Shown piece after piece: positions 19,498 through 32,030 of a DNA stretch of 64,000 nucleotides; the stretch's first letter is position 1; each line of letters opens with the position of its first letter. The DNA comes from Selaginella moellendorffii (Eukaryota; Plantae; Lycopodiophyta). The stretch is taken from positions 51,572-115,571 of the forward strand of contig NW_003314281.1 of assembly GCF_000143415.4 (NCBI RefSeq), given 5' to 3'. The translations under genes and the position numbers were made by a program. The notes beneath the pieces are model-generated. The model ran no database searches. It worked only from the letters and a program-made list of their open reading frames with translations, and had not been told where the DNA came from.

Positions 19498-21489
19498 ACC
19501 CATACATTTAACCATGTATCAACCGTCATAATAATAACACAACACCGTTTCATAATACCACATCCAGAACGTTTTCGTAGCAAGTCAAGTTGCCAAGAGC
19601 CCAATAGCCAACTCCAGCGACTGGGAAATAGCAAACGGCAACCATCACATAAGCCACCAAAACTCCATTCCACATTGGTAGTTTAGACGGTTTGTGCCTC
19701 GTTGATCTCATCATTGCTTGGATCTTGAGAGCAATGTTTTGGCCTCCATAGGCAAACGCAATCTCTCCGAGTGCATTAGAGGCTCTGTAGTATCTCCAGT
19801 TGCAGTAGAGATACGATACTTGCGAACTCTTAAGCCGTATAGCTGTTGCCCAAATTATAGTCGAGTAGCTGAATGAAAAGCGAGTTAGATTTTCATACAA
19901 AAAGAAAAAAGATACCTGAAAGACATGATGGCGGCCACCAGAGAGACGATTGTCGTGGACGAGAAACTGGCAAACAACGACAGTACCGCCTGAACTCCAG
20001 CAAACGCGGATATCCATGCCACAGCAAGCTCAAACTTCCCGTACTGAATCTCGCGACTCAGAACAAGATCCCCGAACCTCTTGAGCGCCTGGCCGCCAGT
20101 TACCAAGTAAGCAATGTTGGCAGTCACCTGAACTACGATCTGCTGCAAACCAACTATGAACCCAAGCCTGTCCCCGAATGCTTTTCTTCCGAGATCCCGG
20201 TAAGTGTCGTACTCATCCTCGTGCATCTCGATCAATTGGTACATGGTAGCCAGTGTGATTATCCACGAAACGCCCTGCATCATCATTCCAGGAGCCCTGT
20301 GGACACACAAATTTAGTCTCTCCATGACATACAATGGAAAATTTACCATCCCAGGTAGACGGAAGGCTCAAAACTCCGGCTCCTACCATAGCCGTCGCGA
20401 TGTGAACGGTTGAGTGCCACCACTTGGCATGGTGTTCCGGTTGCAGTATACCCCGTAGACTATTCCAAAAGACGGAGTAGCTTGCAGCGTTACTCATGTG
20501 ATCTTCCCACTCATTCTGTTGATAGAGAGGCCATAATTTGCTGAAAGAGCAGCTTCGATGCATGATCTCGTCAAGACAATGAACTTCGTTGGAAAACAGC
20601 TCGAGGGCAATTGTTGACCTGTTGATTATTATTAGCAAAATAATAGTTAAACAATCATTATATTTTTGAATAATAATAAAAAATGCTGATTGATTACATG
20701 AGATATAATCAGTTATAGTTTAATTTGCAACACCAAATAAATTGTTGTTTTAGACAATGTAACTTTTATTATTATTTGTACGTTTATGATTAATAGAAAA
20801 ATAAGTATGTAAGAAAATTAAAATTTATAAGAGCTACACTAAATAGTGTCTGAATATCGATTGAATTTGATTTTTTTAGTTAGAGATATTTTATTATAAG
20901 TTATTTTATATTATTGCTTTACTATCTGTTATAAATCATTACTTTTATGAGTTTTTAACGTCATAATCCTGAATGATATTTACCAAATATTTTGATGAGC
21001 TAATTTATCTAAATTAGAATATAAATTTTACCTATAGAATTTATATATTAAGTCTATTAAATATTTTTAAGTTTAAACTCTTTTATATTCAAATAAATAT
21101 TTAATATAAATATTTATAATATTTTTGTAAATAAATTTTCTTAGCATGTTTAGTGTTATCTAGAAAATTTCAGTTAATACTTCATAAATTTTATTTGTAA
21201 TATTTATTATAAAATAATAGATAAAATGTGATTAAAACTTTATTTTTTGCATTTTAAAAATATTAATTTAAAAGATTTACTATTAATGTTTTTTCAGAAA
21301 AAAATTTAAACAAAAGTTTTTATGAAATACTTTAAATTAAAGTAAGGAAAAACTTCTACTTCGTCATCTTTTCTACTTTCTAGAATATTATAATGATTCT
21401 AGAATATGCCTGCTTTAACATAACAAACATAGGGACACGAGTATTGCTGCTGGTCGCAAGATCTGTGTGCCACAGGTGGAGAGCAGTGA

Positions 21490-22090
21490 TTGACAGTAAG
21501 GAGAAAAGCGCCTCCTCTGGTCCTTGAATATTGGTTACAGCAGTACTGCTTGTCCTTCAGGATCTACAATCCTTTCAGTAACGACGATGCAATTGTTTTG
21601 CCACTGCCAGATCCGGATTCGCTCCGCTACTGGAAGCTTCTGCCGGTGGCCTGCTTTGTTTCTCCCACCACTTTCTTGCTGGTGCAAAGTTTGCGGTGTG
21701 GAATCCCCTCAAGCGGAGCTCATTTGTGATGCTGCCAGGTAAATCACTCATTCGATTCAAAGCAAAGATGGAAGTCTCAGCTGAGGACCTCTCCTAAGGC
21801 TGATAGAATGAAGTCACTCCAGGCTATTGTACGGCATGACAATGGTGATATGATTGTCTATGGGATACAGGGTTTGTTTCAAGGCCCGGTAGTTTGGGGT
21901 GCACAATTTCAATTATCGTAAAGAGTTCTTGTGTCCAAGGGAACAGATAACAGTTTTTAGTGGGATACAACACAAGTCCCTCTACTTGTGTGCAGCTCAT
22001 TTCAGCTTTAGGAGCGTGATATTTGATTATAGAAACAAAGAGTGGATAAAATCGGTCAGGCAAGTCAGAGAATTAGAATCACGTCCCAAC
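21490..22090 (+). pseudogene. Possible degenerate F-box-associated domain fragment
   Basis: FRIYNPFS..IVLPLP-type segment and short broken frames convergent with the neighbouring F-box gene. Confidence 0.25.
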
Positions 22091-22359
22091 GTTTTATATT
22101 TTGTTGCCACTGTACTTTATATTGCTTTTTATTTTTAAAAAATTGTAGAATTTTCTGGCTTAACATTTTTCTGACGTGCGAAAACCTGACGAAAAACTAG
22201 CTCTACCTGCTGGGAACTACATCAGCTCTGTGGATCCATGATGTTGTGCCTTTCAACTGCATTGTGCTCATTGCAAATATGATCTCGTCTAGAACTTCAA
22301 GGCTTATCCAAGCTAGGTATAAAAGGTTCATAGTATTGAGCAGATTTTAGTTCTACTGT

Positions 22360-23066
22360 TTAGAAAGTGTCCCAAGTGTCATGAACCAAGTCATATGCCA
22401 TGTAAAATCCGTGGAACACGAAGCTGAAAATCACCATATTCCCAACTAAATCGCTAAAATGCAAGGGAGGCCTCAGATCGAAACGTCTCGCCCATTAAGG
22501 GAATTTTGCCACTAGTCTCCGAGGTTCACACTTCCATATATACAGGGTGTGTATATCACCAGGTCCAGAGACGGTAGTTGCATAGTCAACCTTGCCCGCA
22601 ACTCCCCTGTTTCAGATTTGTAAACCATCGCATTGTCACTCTCGTGTCCATGAATCCAGAGTGTGTAATTCCGTGTCACTGGATCCACTATAAACTCTTC
22701 CTTAGTAGTTTCTTTGTTGGGAAAAACCTTGTGATGGTTGGTCAAGGGGTTCCATACAAATAGATCAGAAGGGCTTTCTGACAACCACCCGGCAATCAAT
22801 CCATTTGATGCCATAGCAGGCAATGAGCGACATATTTGATCGTACCCAATGTTTAATTTGAAACTAGGCTGTGATTTAGAGAATGGGAACCATACCTCCG
22901 TACTGCTTGTAAAGAACACCATGACCGCCAGCTGATCGCCATAAAACCGGGAGAAGTTGTGGGAGATGAGAGAATTCCATGCTTTGCACACAAGCCTGCA
23001 ACGAAGAAGACTTCGGAGATCAACATGGCAGAAGATTTCCCACAGCATCCATCCAGAAAGCTCCAT
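22360..23066 (-). pseudogene. F-box protein, probably truncated or disrupted
   Basis: MELSGWMLWEIFCHVDLRSLLRCRLVCKAWNSLIS F-box motif from ATG 23066, then ASNGLIA and LFVWNPLT. Stop at 22512, with a possible out-of-frame tail FYMAYDLVHDTW downstream. Confidence 0.75.
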
Positions 23067-23962
23067 TGGATTGAAGTGTTGTATATAGACAGCTTTTACA
23101 GTAGAGTACAAAAGCATCATAAGACTTTTCTTTGATGAAAAGCAGCAATCCTACACACTTCTCGAGCTGTCTGTCTGGTTAGAGCACGGATGAGCGTGAC
23201 TGAGCCAACGAGATCGTTTTGCCCAGACAAAGTGCGATGAGTTGCCAGGTCGAGAGTGCCGAAAATTTGAGCTCACGTGGACTTAAGAACACACACTGCC
23301 GCGAGAAAGAAATAAAGCAACCTAGTGTCTTCCATCCGCACGGTAACAATCTACTTCAGATAGTGTTTCAAAGTATCCTGCTTTGTTCTTTGCACCCAGA
23401 CAGTGATTTATAGAAGCACACTTACATTGAGTCATGGATGCTCTCGATCGGTCGTGAGTGATGAACCTCATTTCTGAACATTGCTATTGCTCGACGAGAG
23501 TCTGCTCGCGCAAACCAGTCAGAAAAAACCAAGCAAGATGGCCATGCACTTTAGAGTTTCTGTTCAAGCAAACACGAAGAGAGAGTTTGTACGAACGCCT
23601 CCAAGAAAGAGAATAGTACCAAGGTGAACCTGATTTGTGTTTGGAACCACGCCGGTTGGAGATCCACTGGGGGATATGTCGCGGGCGTGCTGCTGCTGTG
23701 GCCAACGTCAATGATCATCTTCTTTTAGTTCCCTGATCGTCCCTGCGGCCTGCGGCCATTTTCTATGTACCCGAGCAAGAGAGAAATATAAGAACCACCA
23801 TGGCATTCGCTCAAAACTTGGCGGCCTCTGGCATAATCCTGCTACCATGTAAGACGAGCCAGAATCGCCACAAAAGCATTTGCATTGATCAAACTGTATT
23901 GCTCCACACTCAATGTAACTACACCTCGAGTAGAAAGTCGTATACTCCCAGCTTGCTGAGCC

Positions 23963-24443
23963 TTACCATGCGCGTCCAGCTCCAACCACAGGCTTCCAAT
24001 TGAGAAGGTAATTGCTCCTTCCCGCTTGGAATCTCATGCCGAGTGTCCACACCAAGTTCCCATGGCGCAGTTTCACGTCTTTCGTCACAGCCTCGCCTTG
24101 GTCGATGGCCTCGTCGTCTTCTTCTTCCGTGAAGAAACGTGTGTCGTTCTTGGGTATGTTGAGGCGATTTTGCTGACTAACATCCGTGGCCGTGAGGCGT
24201 TTCGAAAACCTGCAAACAAAATGGATGATCAAATGCCTAGAAGAAAGAACGAAAGAATGGAATGAAAGAAACACAAGCACAAATGAAAGAAAGAATGAAA
24301 GCATGGATGATGAACAAACGAGAAAGAAGCTCGCTTTACCTCTGATCTCCAGCTCCTGGCGCAGCTCCAGCTCTCAGCGCACCATCTCCCGTCGCAGCTC
24401 CAGCTCCCTGTCCCGGTCGAAACTGCCTAACGCATCCAAACAT
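23963..24443 (-). CDS. B3 DNA-binding domain gene or fragment (exons about 24443-24340 and 24209-23967; 3' part uncertain)
   Basis: FSKRLTATDVSQQNRLNIPK...SNYLLNWK is B3-like. A phase-2 GT-AG intron at 24339-24210 joins the exons in frame. An ELKEDD-like remnant lies near 23720. Confidence 0.55.
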
Positions 24444-24719
24444 TCATGAAAGGCGACCTCAAATTAAGAGAGAAAGAAAGCGCTCTCGAAATCTACCAAT
24501 TCCGTAGCTGCTCTTCCTCATTTTGGGCTCCAGAGAAAGCTCTAGAGGCTCGAGATCTCTTCCCTCTTGCCCTGGAACCATGGAATTACACATCAAGATT
24601 TAAGAACATGTATAAAGATGTTTTTCTTTGGTCTTATACAGATTTATGAGGATTCCTTCATGAGATCTGCATGTATTGAATCAAATTTCTTCTTCAAACT
24701 GTACTATAGAAATAATTAG

Positions 24720-25950
24720 CATACCGAATGAACCCCAACATGCAACTGAAAGTCAAAGTAAAATTCGACAAACTTGAGCAAGTTGGTTTTATCTACCCAA
24801 TCTAAAATCCAAAATGGCTATCACCACTAATCATTGTTTTTAAGAAGAATGGCAAACTCAAGATTTACATCAACTACAAAAAACTCAATGATGCAACAAA
24901 AAATGACACATTATAATTTCCTTTCTTTGACAAAATTCTTGATGCATTCACAAGACACAAAATGTACTCATTCTTCGACAGTTTTTCAGGATACAACCAA
25001 ATTCATATTACATCTGAAGATTAGCACAAGACAACTTTCATCAGTCCATGGGGCACTTACACATATCTACATATGCCATTTGGTTTTTCTAACATACCGT
25101 TACTTTCCAAAGAATCATCACTGACATTTTTAAGGAATACTTCACCTCATGCAAGTTTTCATGAATGATTTCAATGTTTTTAGTAGCAAAGAACGCCATC
25201 TTTACTATCTCGAGAAATCCTCTATCAAATGTTGAAAAAACAACATTGCTTTGAATCCTAAGAAATACATTTTCTTTATCAAATTTGGAGTTCTACTTGG
25301 ACATGTTGTCTGCAAAAAAAATAATCCTTATTGACAAAGATAAGACTTTCTATCATTAATATACAACATCCAATGAACATTACTAAACTTCAAACTTTTC
25401 TCAGAAAAATGGGATACTATTGACAATTCATTAAATACTATACAAAAATTGCCAAACCACTCACTAAACTCCTAAAGAAGAATCAAGTTTACAAATGGAT
25501 TCAAGAATGTCAAGAAGCTTTTAGCACACTCAAGAATTCATTAACAAGAGCTCCAATATTTGTTCAACCAAACTGGAGCAAAGACTTTAACATTCAAGTT
25601 GATGCCTCCAACTACACAATTGGAATGACTTTTTCACAACAAGAATACCACAAAAATCAACCAATCTACTAAGTTAGTTGGATACTCAATTCAGTTAAGA
25701 TGAATTACACCACCATAGAAAAAGAAGCTTTTGGAATGGTCTACACATTCCAAAAGTTTCAACATTACCTCTTTAAAACCAAAGTAAAGGTCATGGTTGA
25801 TTATATTGCACTTCTTCACCTTCTCAACAAAACCATTTTGACTAGCAGAATTCCTTGATAGTTTTTACTCCTTCAAGAATATAACTTCAAAATTATTCAC
25901 AAGCCCAACAAATAACACAAACAAGTTGACCACCTTAGCTACATTATGTA
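24720..25950 (+). mobile_element. Highly degenerate Ty3/gypsy RT-RNase H remnant
   Basis: WLSP.IIVL.KNGK, FFDSFSGYNQI, MPFG, FMNDF, QVDASNY, NYTTIEKEAFGMV recognisable across many stops and frameshifts. Confidence 0.8.
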
Positions 25951-27639
25951 AGCAATTAAATTTTCCATTCTACTTTAATCACTTAATTACACTTCTGACC
26001 ATTTAAAAGAGTTTCACTCACAACCTCCATAAATCCTATTCCAAATTTAGGGACTTGTTAGTCCCAAAAATGGCATTTATGCCACCCAACATTTACACTT
26101 AAAGAACAACAAACAATACAGCACTGCATGGATGAAAAGTTAAATTCTTGAACCTTCACAGTATGGACCATTGAACCCAACGGCCAGGATTGGCCCACGG
26201 CTTGGACCATTGAACCAATGGCCACAATTTCCTCACGGAATTACGTGAAAGTACAACTTATTTGAGGAGGAAGAAATACCACAAAGATGGAATCACTGGC
26301 AGCGGGATGGAATCCCATAGTTGGTTTCAACATGGTGAGTTGGTTTAGCAGCAGTCGGGGCGCACTAGAGTCCATAGTTTCAGCGATACACCTCTTGATT
26401 GCCTCAGACTACTTCACACAGCATTTTGCAAGAGGTGATAATCGAGACGAGACAGATGGTTGTTGAGATTTGTGGAAGCTACGACCTTCATGCATGAAAC
26501 AATGCTGTTACCTTGTCTCTAAGCTTTCTTTCGATTCCCTTCACTGGAATTTGATCTTTCAGATACAGAGAAGGCTGTGGAGACAGTTTCTTGTTGTCAA
26601 CACTCACAATCACATAGACTCTCGGATGCTCTTCGACTGTTTAGTGTGAGCGAGTAGCTGGGATGCCTTGTTTTTGTGTGGCTTTTGCTCCAGCTCCACA
26701 CCAACAACCACTTGCCGATCTTGATATCCAGGCTGTTGCAACTGGTGGCAATGACTCAATGGAGAAGCTTGTGCCCTTCTCACTCGAGAACGTCATGCTC
26801 ATGGAGCCACTATCCCGACAGGCACTCAGAATCATCCATGCCTTGTTGGAGTGGCTGGCAAGGATTAAGTGGAAAGGCATTGATCTACCTTGTAAAACTG
26901 GCAAACACAGTTAGGAGGTATATAATTTCCCTTTTTCTTTTATCTTTGAGTATATATCTTATCTAGGAATGTGTGGAAGAGATGGAGATTATTTTGGGAG
27001 AATCTTGAAGAAAACTTTGACATACCATACTTTGAGTAAATGATGTCAAATGTCATTCAACATATTTGAAGTCAATACTAATGTATTGACCAATCACACA
27101 CACACATAAACTATTCAATATCATCTACTTTGAAAGAAAACTAAATCTCTTAAAGATTCAGATATACAGTGCCCAAAAAGCTTAGCCTGCCAGTGGAGTT
27201 CCCCATAAGAACAAGAAAGAGTAAAGAATTAAAAATCTATTGCCAAAGAAATATAATTGGAATATAGTCAAATAATTGAAATTTTCTATTTAATACATTA
27301 AAATAACTGTATTTATAATGTGAGGTAAAAATGTTTTGAACTTTTATTCAGATATACCGTGTTTGGAAATTTTCTCAATCTCTTAATGATATTAGTATGG
27401 GAAAAATGTCAATTTACCACAACTTGGCCAATTAAAGTATGATTATTATTATTATTAATATATATATTTGAATATTAATTATTATATATTTAAAATAAAC
27501 TTTAAATTTTTTAATAATATATTAATATTCTTGTGAATTCCAAGTGTATGCATAATGGGATTTTCAATTAGTTTCAAACCAAACTACTTGCTCTTGTATA
27601 TAAATTATATTTTGTAGGCTAATTGAATAAGCATATTTT

Positions 27640-28250
27640 TATATTCTATTCACTCACATTGGTGGAGGTGAAGGACAACTCTAATTATCCCCAAGAATGC
27701 TTGTTTAATTTAAATCTAACTTTTACATTGTCAAAATCTCTTTTACTTTTTTTCTTCATTCCTTTTCATAGCAAAGTAATATATTCCTCCTTTGCAGTAG
27801 CTTCTTTGTCCTCTGACTCTAGGGTAGCAACTAAGAGTGGTTGCTCAATGTTATATGGTTGCAAGTGAATAATCACACTTAATTGATGGTGGAGTTCATA
27901 ATACATAGTGCAACTCTTCCTACTCTTGTTACCAATCCTTGCATCTAACTAAATTTTCTGCCATGGGAATCCTGAAGATGATTTGTATCATTAGTATCAA
28001 TTGTATCATTTTACCGTCTTTCATCTTTCTTAGGATAATGCCTAGCATTTACAGAAGTTTTCCATATGTTTTAAGGGATGGTGTTACAATGGTATAATAG
28101 TTTAAGTGTAGCCACTTGTGTGGATTCGAGCTTTCTCTTGGATGTCTTTAAGCACATATTTAGATATGCTAACAACTGTGATGATGCCTTTTAATTGTAT
28201 TATTTTTGTCAAGAGCTATTTATATTAGTTATGCAATTTAGTGTTAAATA
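27640..28250 (+). mobile_element. Degenerate retrotransposon gag remnant, same family as 51720-52360
   Basis: Shares nucleotide blocks (TTTAAATCTAACTTT..CATTGTC; AATCCTTGCATCT...GGGAATCCTGA.GATGAT) with 51720-52360, which reads FCGNPEDDVYHWFNHF. Confidence 0.55.
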
Positions 28251-31200
28251 AGTTAAAATAAATAAAATTAGCCATACCATGGCATATGAGACTTGTACAT
28301 ACATTTACCTTAGTCAGCCTTAACAATGCCCTTTATCTAGTATACACTATGAGACATTACTTCTTTCACTTATAGTTGCATATGCTTTAGCTCTACTTCT
28401 TGTGGGAGAAACTCCAGTTCCAATGGAGATTAACTTGCTACCCGTGTTCAAGGGCAAAGGTGGGGATGTGGTCATAATTGTGACATCCAATACCAGGTAT
28501 ATTGAGTACATTTGTCAGTATTTCCCAAATTAGCATCCTTCATTTCTTGGAGAACTTAGTATTAACAATATCATGTTAATGTTGTTATAGTAGAAAGTCT
28601 TGACATAGAAATTTTTCTAAGAAATAAGGCGTTGTGTGGATAATGGAAAGTCCTTGCACAAATAAGTCAATAGCCTTTTCATCCTTCTTTCAAAAGTACT
28701 ATTAAGAGGTTCAGTTAGCATTAGTTCATTTAGTATTCACTTTCCAAGCTCATTTTTTTATATCCATATTAGTAAAAATGGATTCAAATTTATCTTCTAT
28801 TACTCAACATATTGCAACACATATTTGCATTATGTAGCAAAGTCAATCTTCATTTCTATGGTAATGGTTGTACATATGTGCATATACAAGATGAGATAAA
28901 CCTAACTATATGTGTCGGTGATCTTGAACTTGAGCTTCAGTTATTGCAAGTGATGTTAAGTTAAGATTTTGACCCACTTCTATTTTACTTCATCTCTCAA
29001 CTTCTATCTCTGCTTCAATCATTTTTATTTCTCCATTACTTTTTATTGTATTTCCTTCTTACTTTTTTATTTTCTCTCTAAATTCCTCAAATAATCTTTG
29101 TGTTATGGTAGTTGACTCACTCAAGGAATATGTTGATCTCTTTGACTTTGATTTGTCATTTGGGGCTAAGATTGTAACACATCATCCTATTTTAACTGAG
29201 GATGCTTGTTCAATCAAGATTCTTATTCAGCATCGGTTACCAAAGAAATCAAGATCTTATACACTAAAAAGAAATGTTGAAGAAGGGTTTTATCCAAAAG
29301 TTTCAAAATTCTTCTACATATTAACTTTATATTATAACAAAGTCTAATATGAGTATTCAATTTTGCATAGACTATTATATGGGGAACTCCACTTCCAAGA
29401 ACTTCTTTATTGGCTACAATGATGAGGGTGATGACTTTGTCGAAGGACAATGACCAATGCTCTTTCTTGAGAACCTTGGCTTCCTAATGTTGGAGAAGTC
29501 TGGTTTCACTACAAGGATAACACATAGTTAGGGTAGACTTTATTCAGTTGTCAAAGAGTTGGCACAAGAATAATATTTGGCAAGTTTAAAGATGTTGTGG
29601 ATCATGGTTCTTGGATAGTTAGGTTGATGCATTGACTTCCTTAGATGTTTCTTATGCTATGACACATCAGTAACCTTGTGAGAAGGAATTAGTCCTAGTG
29701 CAAACAAAGGTGATGTATAAATACAAGATACTAAGGACCATAGTTTTTTTAGAGAGGATAATGCCGGAGTAGCAATCTCTCTCAACAACTCTAGATGTAG
29801 AGGATACACACATCCTATGGATAGAGTTGATTCATACTTTATAGTAACACCGACCATACTTGCTCATTGCAGATTTGAAGTTAATATAGCCAAGTTTGGA
29901 TTTTTTACAGCTTCTCCATTTGGCTCCACATGTGTTAGATCAACTCCCAAGCCATGCCAACAAGCCACATCTCTTTCAATAACATGTTTAGCAAGAGCTT
30001 GAGTGTGCACAAATAGTGGCAAAGCTAATAGAAGGTCATCATTTCAAGGATGATATCACCTTCTTCACAATGTTTTATTTAGATGAGAGCATTCATCAAG
30101 ATGAGGATAGAGTGCTCTTTGACTAACTTTAGACTACTGAAGATTTAAAGTGTCCACACACTTTATTGGAATCATTGCTCAAAGTTTCAAAGGATTTGGT
30201 GCTCATGTTGATGACTATTAACTGGACAAGATTGCCATGGGCTTTTTCTTTTGTAAAAGAAACCTTTTGGAAATTTGTCAATATTTAGAGGTTCTCCATT
30301 GGCATTGTCTCAAGACCCATAAGTCTTGCCACTACACCTAGTGGTTTTACTTTTGCACACATTTAATATATAAGATATTTAGAAAGCTATATAAATAGTG
30401 TTTTCCCATATGGTAAAGAATAGAATTTCTTTTAATGAAGACTTTTACATACCACATAGTAGAAAATCACTAGAATCCCAATCCTTAAATAAAAAGGCTG
30501 AGGTGTTCATTGCAAAAATGGGATGGAAATTGTTATTTTCTTGTCCTTTCAACAGTTGTAGATTAGCTCTTGGATGAGCTTGATGCCATAGATAATACTC
30601 AAGATGTGGATGACAACGCTCTCAATGTTCTAGAAACTATCGGAGCAACTTTCAATGATCAAGATGTCATAGGCAACATGGAAACATTGGCCTCAATGTT
30701 GGAGAGACAATTTGATCATTGTCTTTAATTTGAATTGATTTTCCTATAGCACCACTTGACCATCTCGGCATGCCAATAGTTGGAGATGCAACTTAGGTTG
30801 TGGCTTCAAGCAATTGTCACATCTTTCATAGTTGCTAACACTTTACTTGACCACTAGATCATCTAGAGTGACTCAGGCTGAATTTAGCACTTTAGAACTA
30901 AGCTCTCCACTTTGCCAAACACTACCAAACTCTAGGTTTTCTAGCAAGGCCATGCATTTCTACCTTGAGCTTTCACATCATTTTATGGCTTTGTTTTATG
31001 GAGAAATAGCTTATTTTTGTGCCATCTTAGGCCTCCTTCAAGACTCTTGAGGTCTTCTGAACTTGCTTTAGCAAAAATAAACTGGTTTAAACTTGCACTT
31101 GACAAGACAACATTTTGAATACTAGCATATATGCAACTTTTGCATGAACTTTGAAAACACTTTCTAGCTTATGAGTGGTATTATCACTCTTTTATAGCCT

Positions 31201-31394
31201 TGATATTATGTTAGGATCACATACTTGCATGGAGACAACGAAATAAACACAATAAATAAACTTATTAAAGTTTGCTTTTGATTATGAAATAATCAGATGC
31301 TTCTAGAATAAATCCATGGGAATAAATTGGGGGTGGCTAGGTATTGAATCTTAGGGACAAGACATTGGCTTCCAGTGGCTAAAACAAAAGGAGG

Positions 31395-31640
31395 ATACTA
31401 GATATCTAAGGATTCAGGTTGGTACTAGGTTCTGCATTGTGCTTCAACATGACACCTTGATTCGGAAGATTAGAATGTCAATTTAGAAATGGGCTTTTAA
31501 GAAACTTGGTTTGCTAGTGAAAGTGGTTATGGCCAAAAGCATCATTCTGCCCAACATTTGGTACCACCTTTTGATCTAGCCCATTCTCAAACAAACTCGT
31601 AGAAAGGTATACACAATGGTATGTAAATATGTGTGGTGGG
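31395..31640 (+). mobile_element. Degenerate LINE reverse-transcriptase C-terminal remnant
   Basis: RYL..., LIRKIRMSI*KWAFKKLGLLVKVVMAKSIILPNIWYHL resembles the L1/Tx1 post-RT region. Confidence 0.45.
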
Positions 31641-31719
31641 GCACGCCTGTTATAGGGAAAATCATGGCGAAGGAAAATAAATTTGGGTGGCCACCTTTTT
31701 TCCTAAAATTGGTTTGTAG

Positions 31720-32030
31720 CATTTTCTCTTTTACTTGATTCATAATTAATTTGAAATCTCCTATAACAACCGTGTCTTTAGCTCCTAATGCTTTTATTTC
31801 CTTCAATCCTCAAATTAAAGTGGCACTCAACTTAGTTACAATTGTGTGTATTTGCAATAGCTTTCACTTTCGAGAACTATAAATGGTCATGTTCATATCA
31901 TAACAGCCCCATATGCTTGCACCAAATGGGTAGAAGCTATTTTAGTTATTACAGCAAATCAACATTCGACCATTTACTTTATCTTCCACAAGATTTATTG
32001 CTGATTTAGAGTTTCTCGTGAAAACTTACT
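31720..32030. mobile_element. Small gypsy RNase H (minus strand) and integrase (plus strand) scraps
   Basis: Minus: VIGDFKLIMNQVK. Plus: KWVEAIL...FIFHKIYC*FRVS. Confidence 0.4.

Larger units (their letters stand above)
14771..19562 (+). mobile_element. Full-length Ty1/copia LTR retrotransposon (4792 bp), very short LTRs, TSD TCCAG
   Basis: 5' LTR 14771-14902 and 3' LTR 19423-19562 (TG...CA), identical apart from an 8-bp indel. PBS TGGTATCGGAGC at 14903-14914. PPT GAGGAGGAG at 19414-19422. TCCAG at 14766-14770 and 19563-19567. Confidence 0.97.
14066..20497 (-). pseudogene. Lysine/histidine transporter (LHT/AAAP family) pseudogene, multi-exon, interrupted by a copia element
   Basis: AKWWHSTVHIATAMVGAGVLSLP, QLIEMHE, FAYGGQNIALKIQA, KLPMWNGVLVAY, LDKPKWLIGTANLMLMLHLTGSYQ, GLFGGLALGPTTY, LPCIMWLSIKKP. 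Apparent frameshifts at the end of exon 1 (~20355) and beside the insertion (~14765). Confidence 0.85.

Noticed and set aside
14765-19567. Copia element spliced out as an intron to rescue the LHT gene
   Set aside because: The minus-strand GT donors at the LTR edge are phase 0, but the CTGGAG acceptor at the far end needs phase 1. The gene also has another frameshift.
26100-27000. Possible host gene fragment; also 12840-13140 and 13720-13990
   Set aside because: Exon-like composition but no recognisable family and no consistent gene model.
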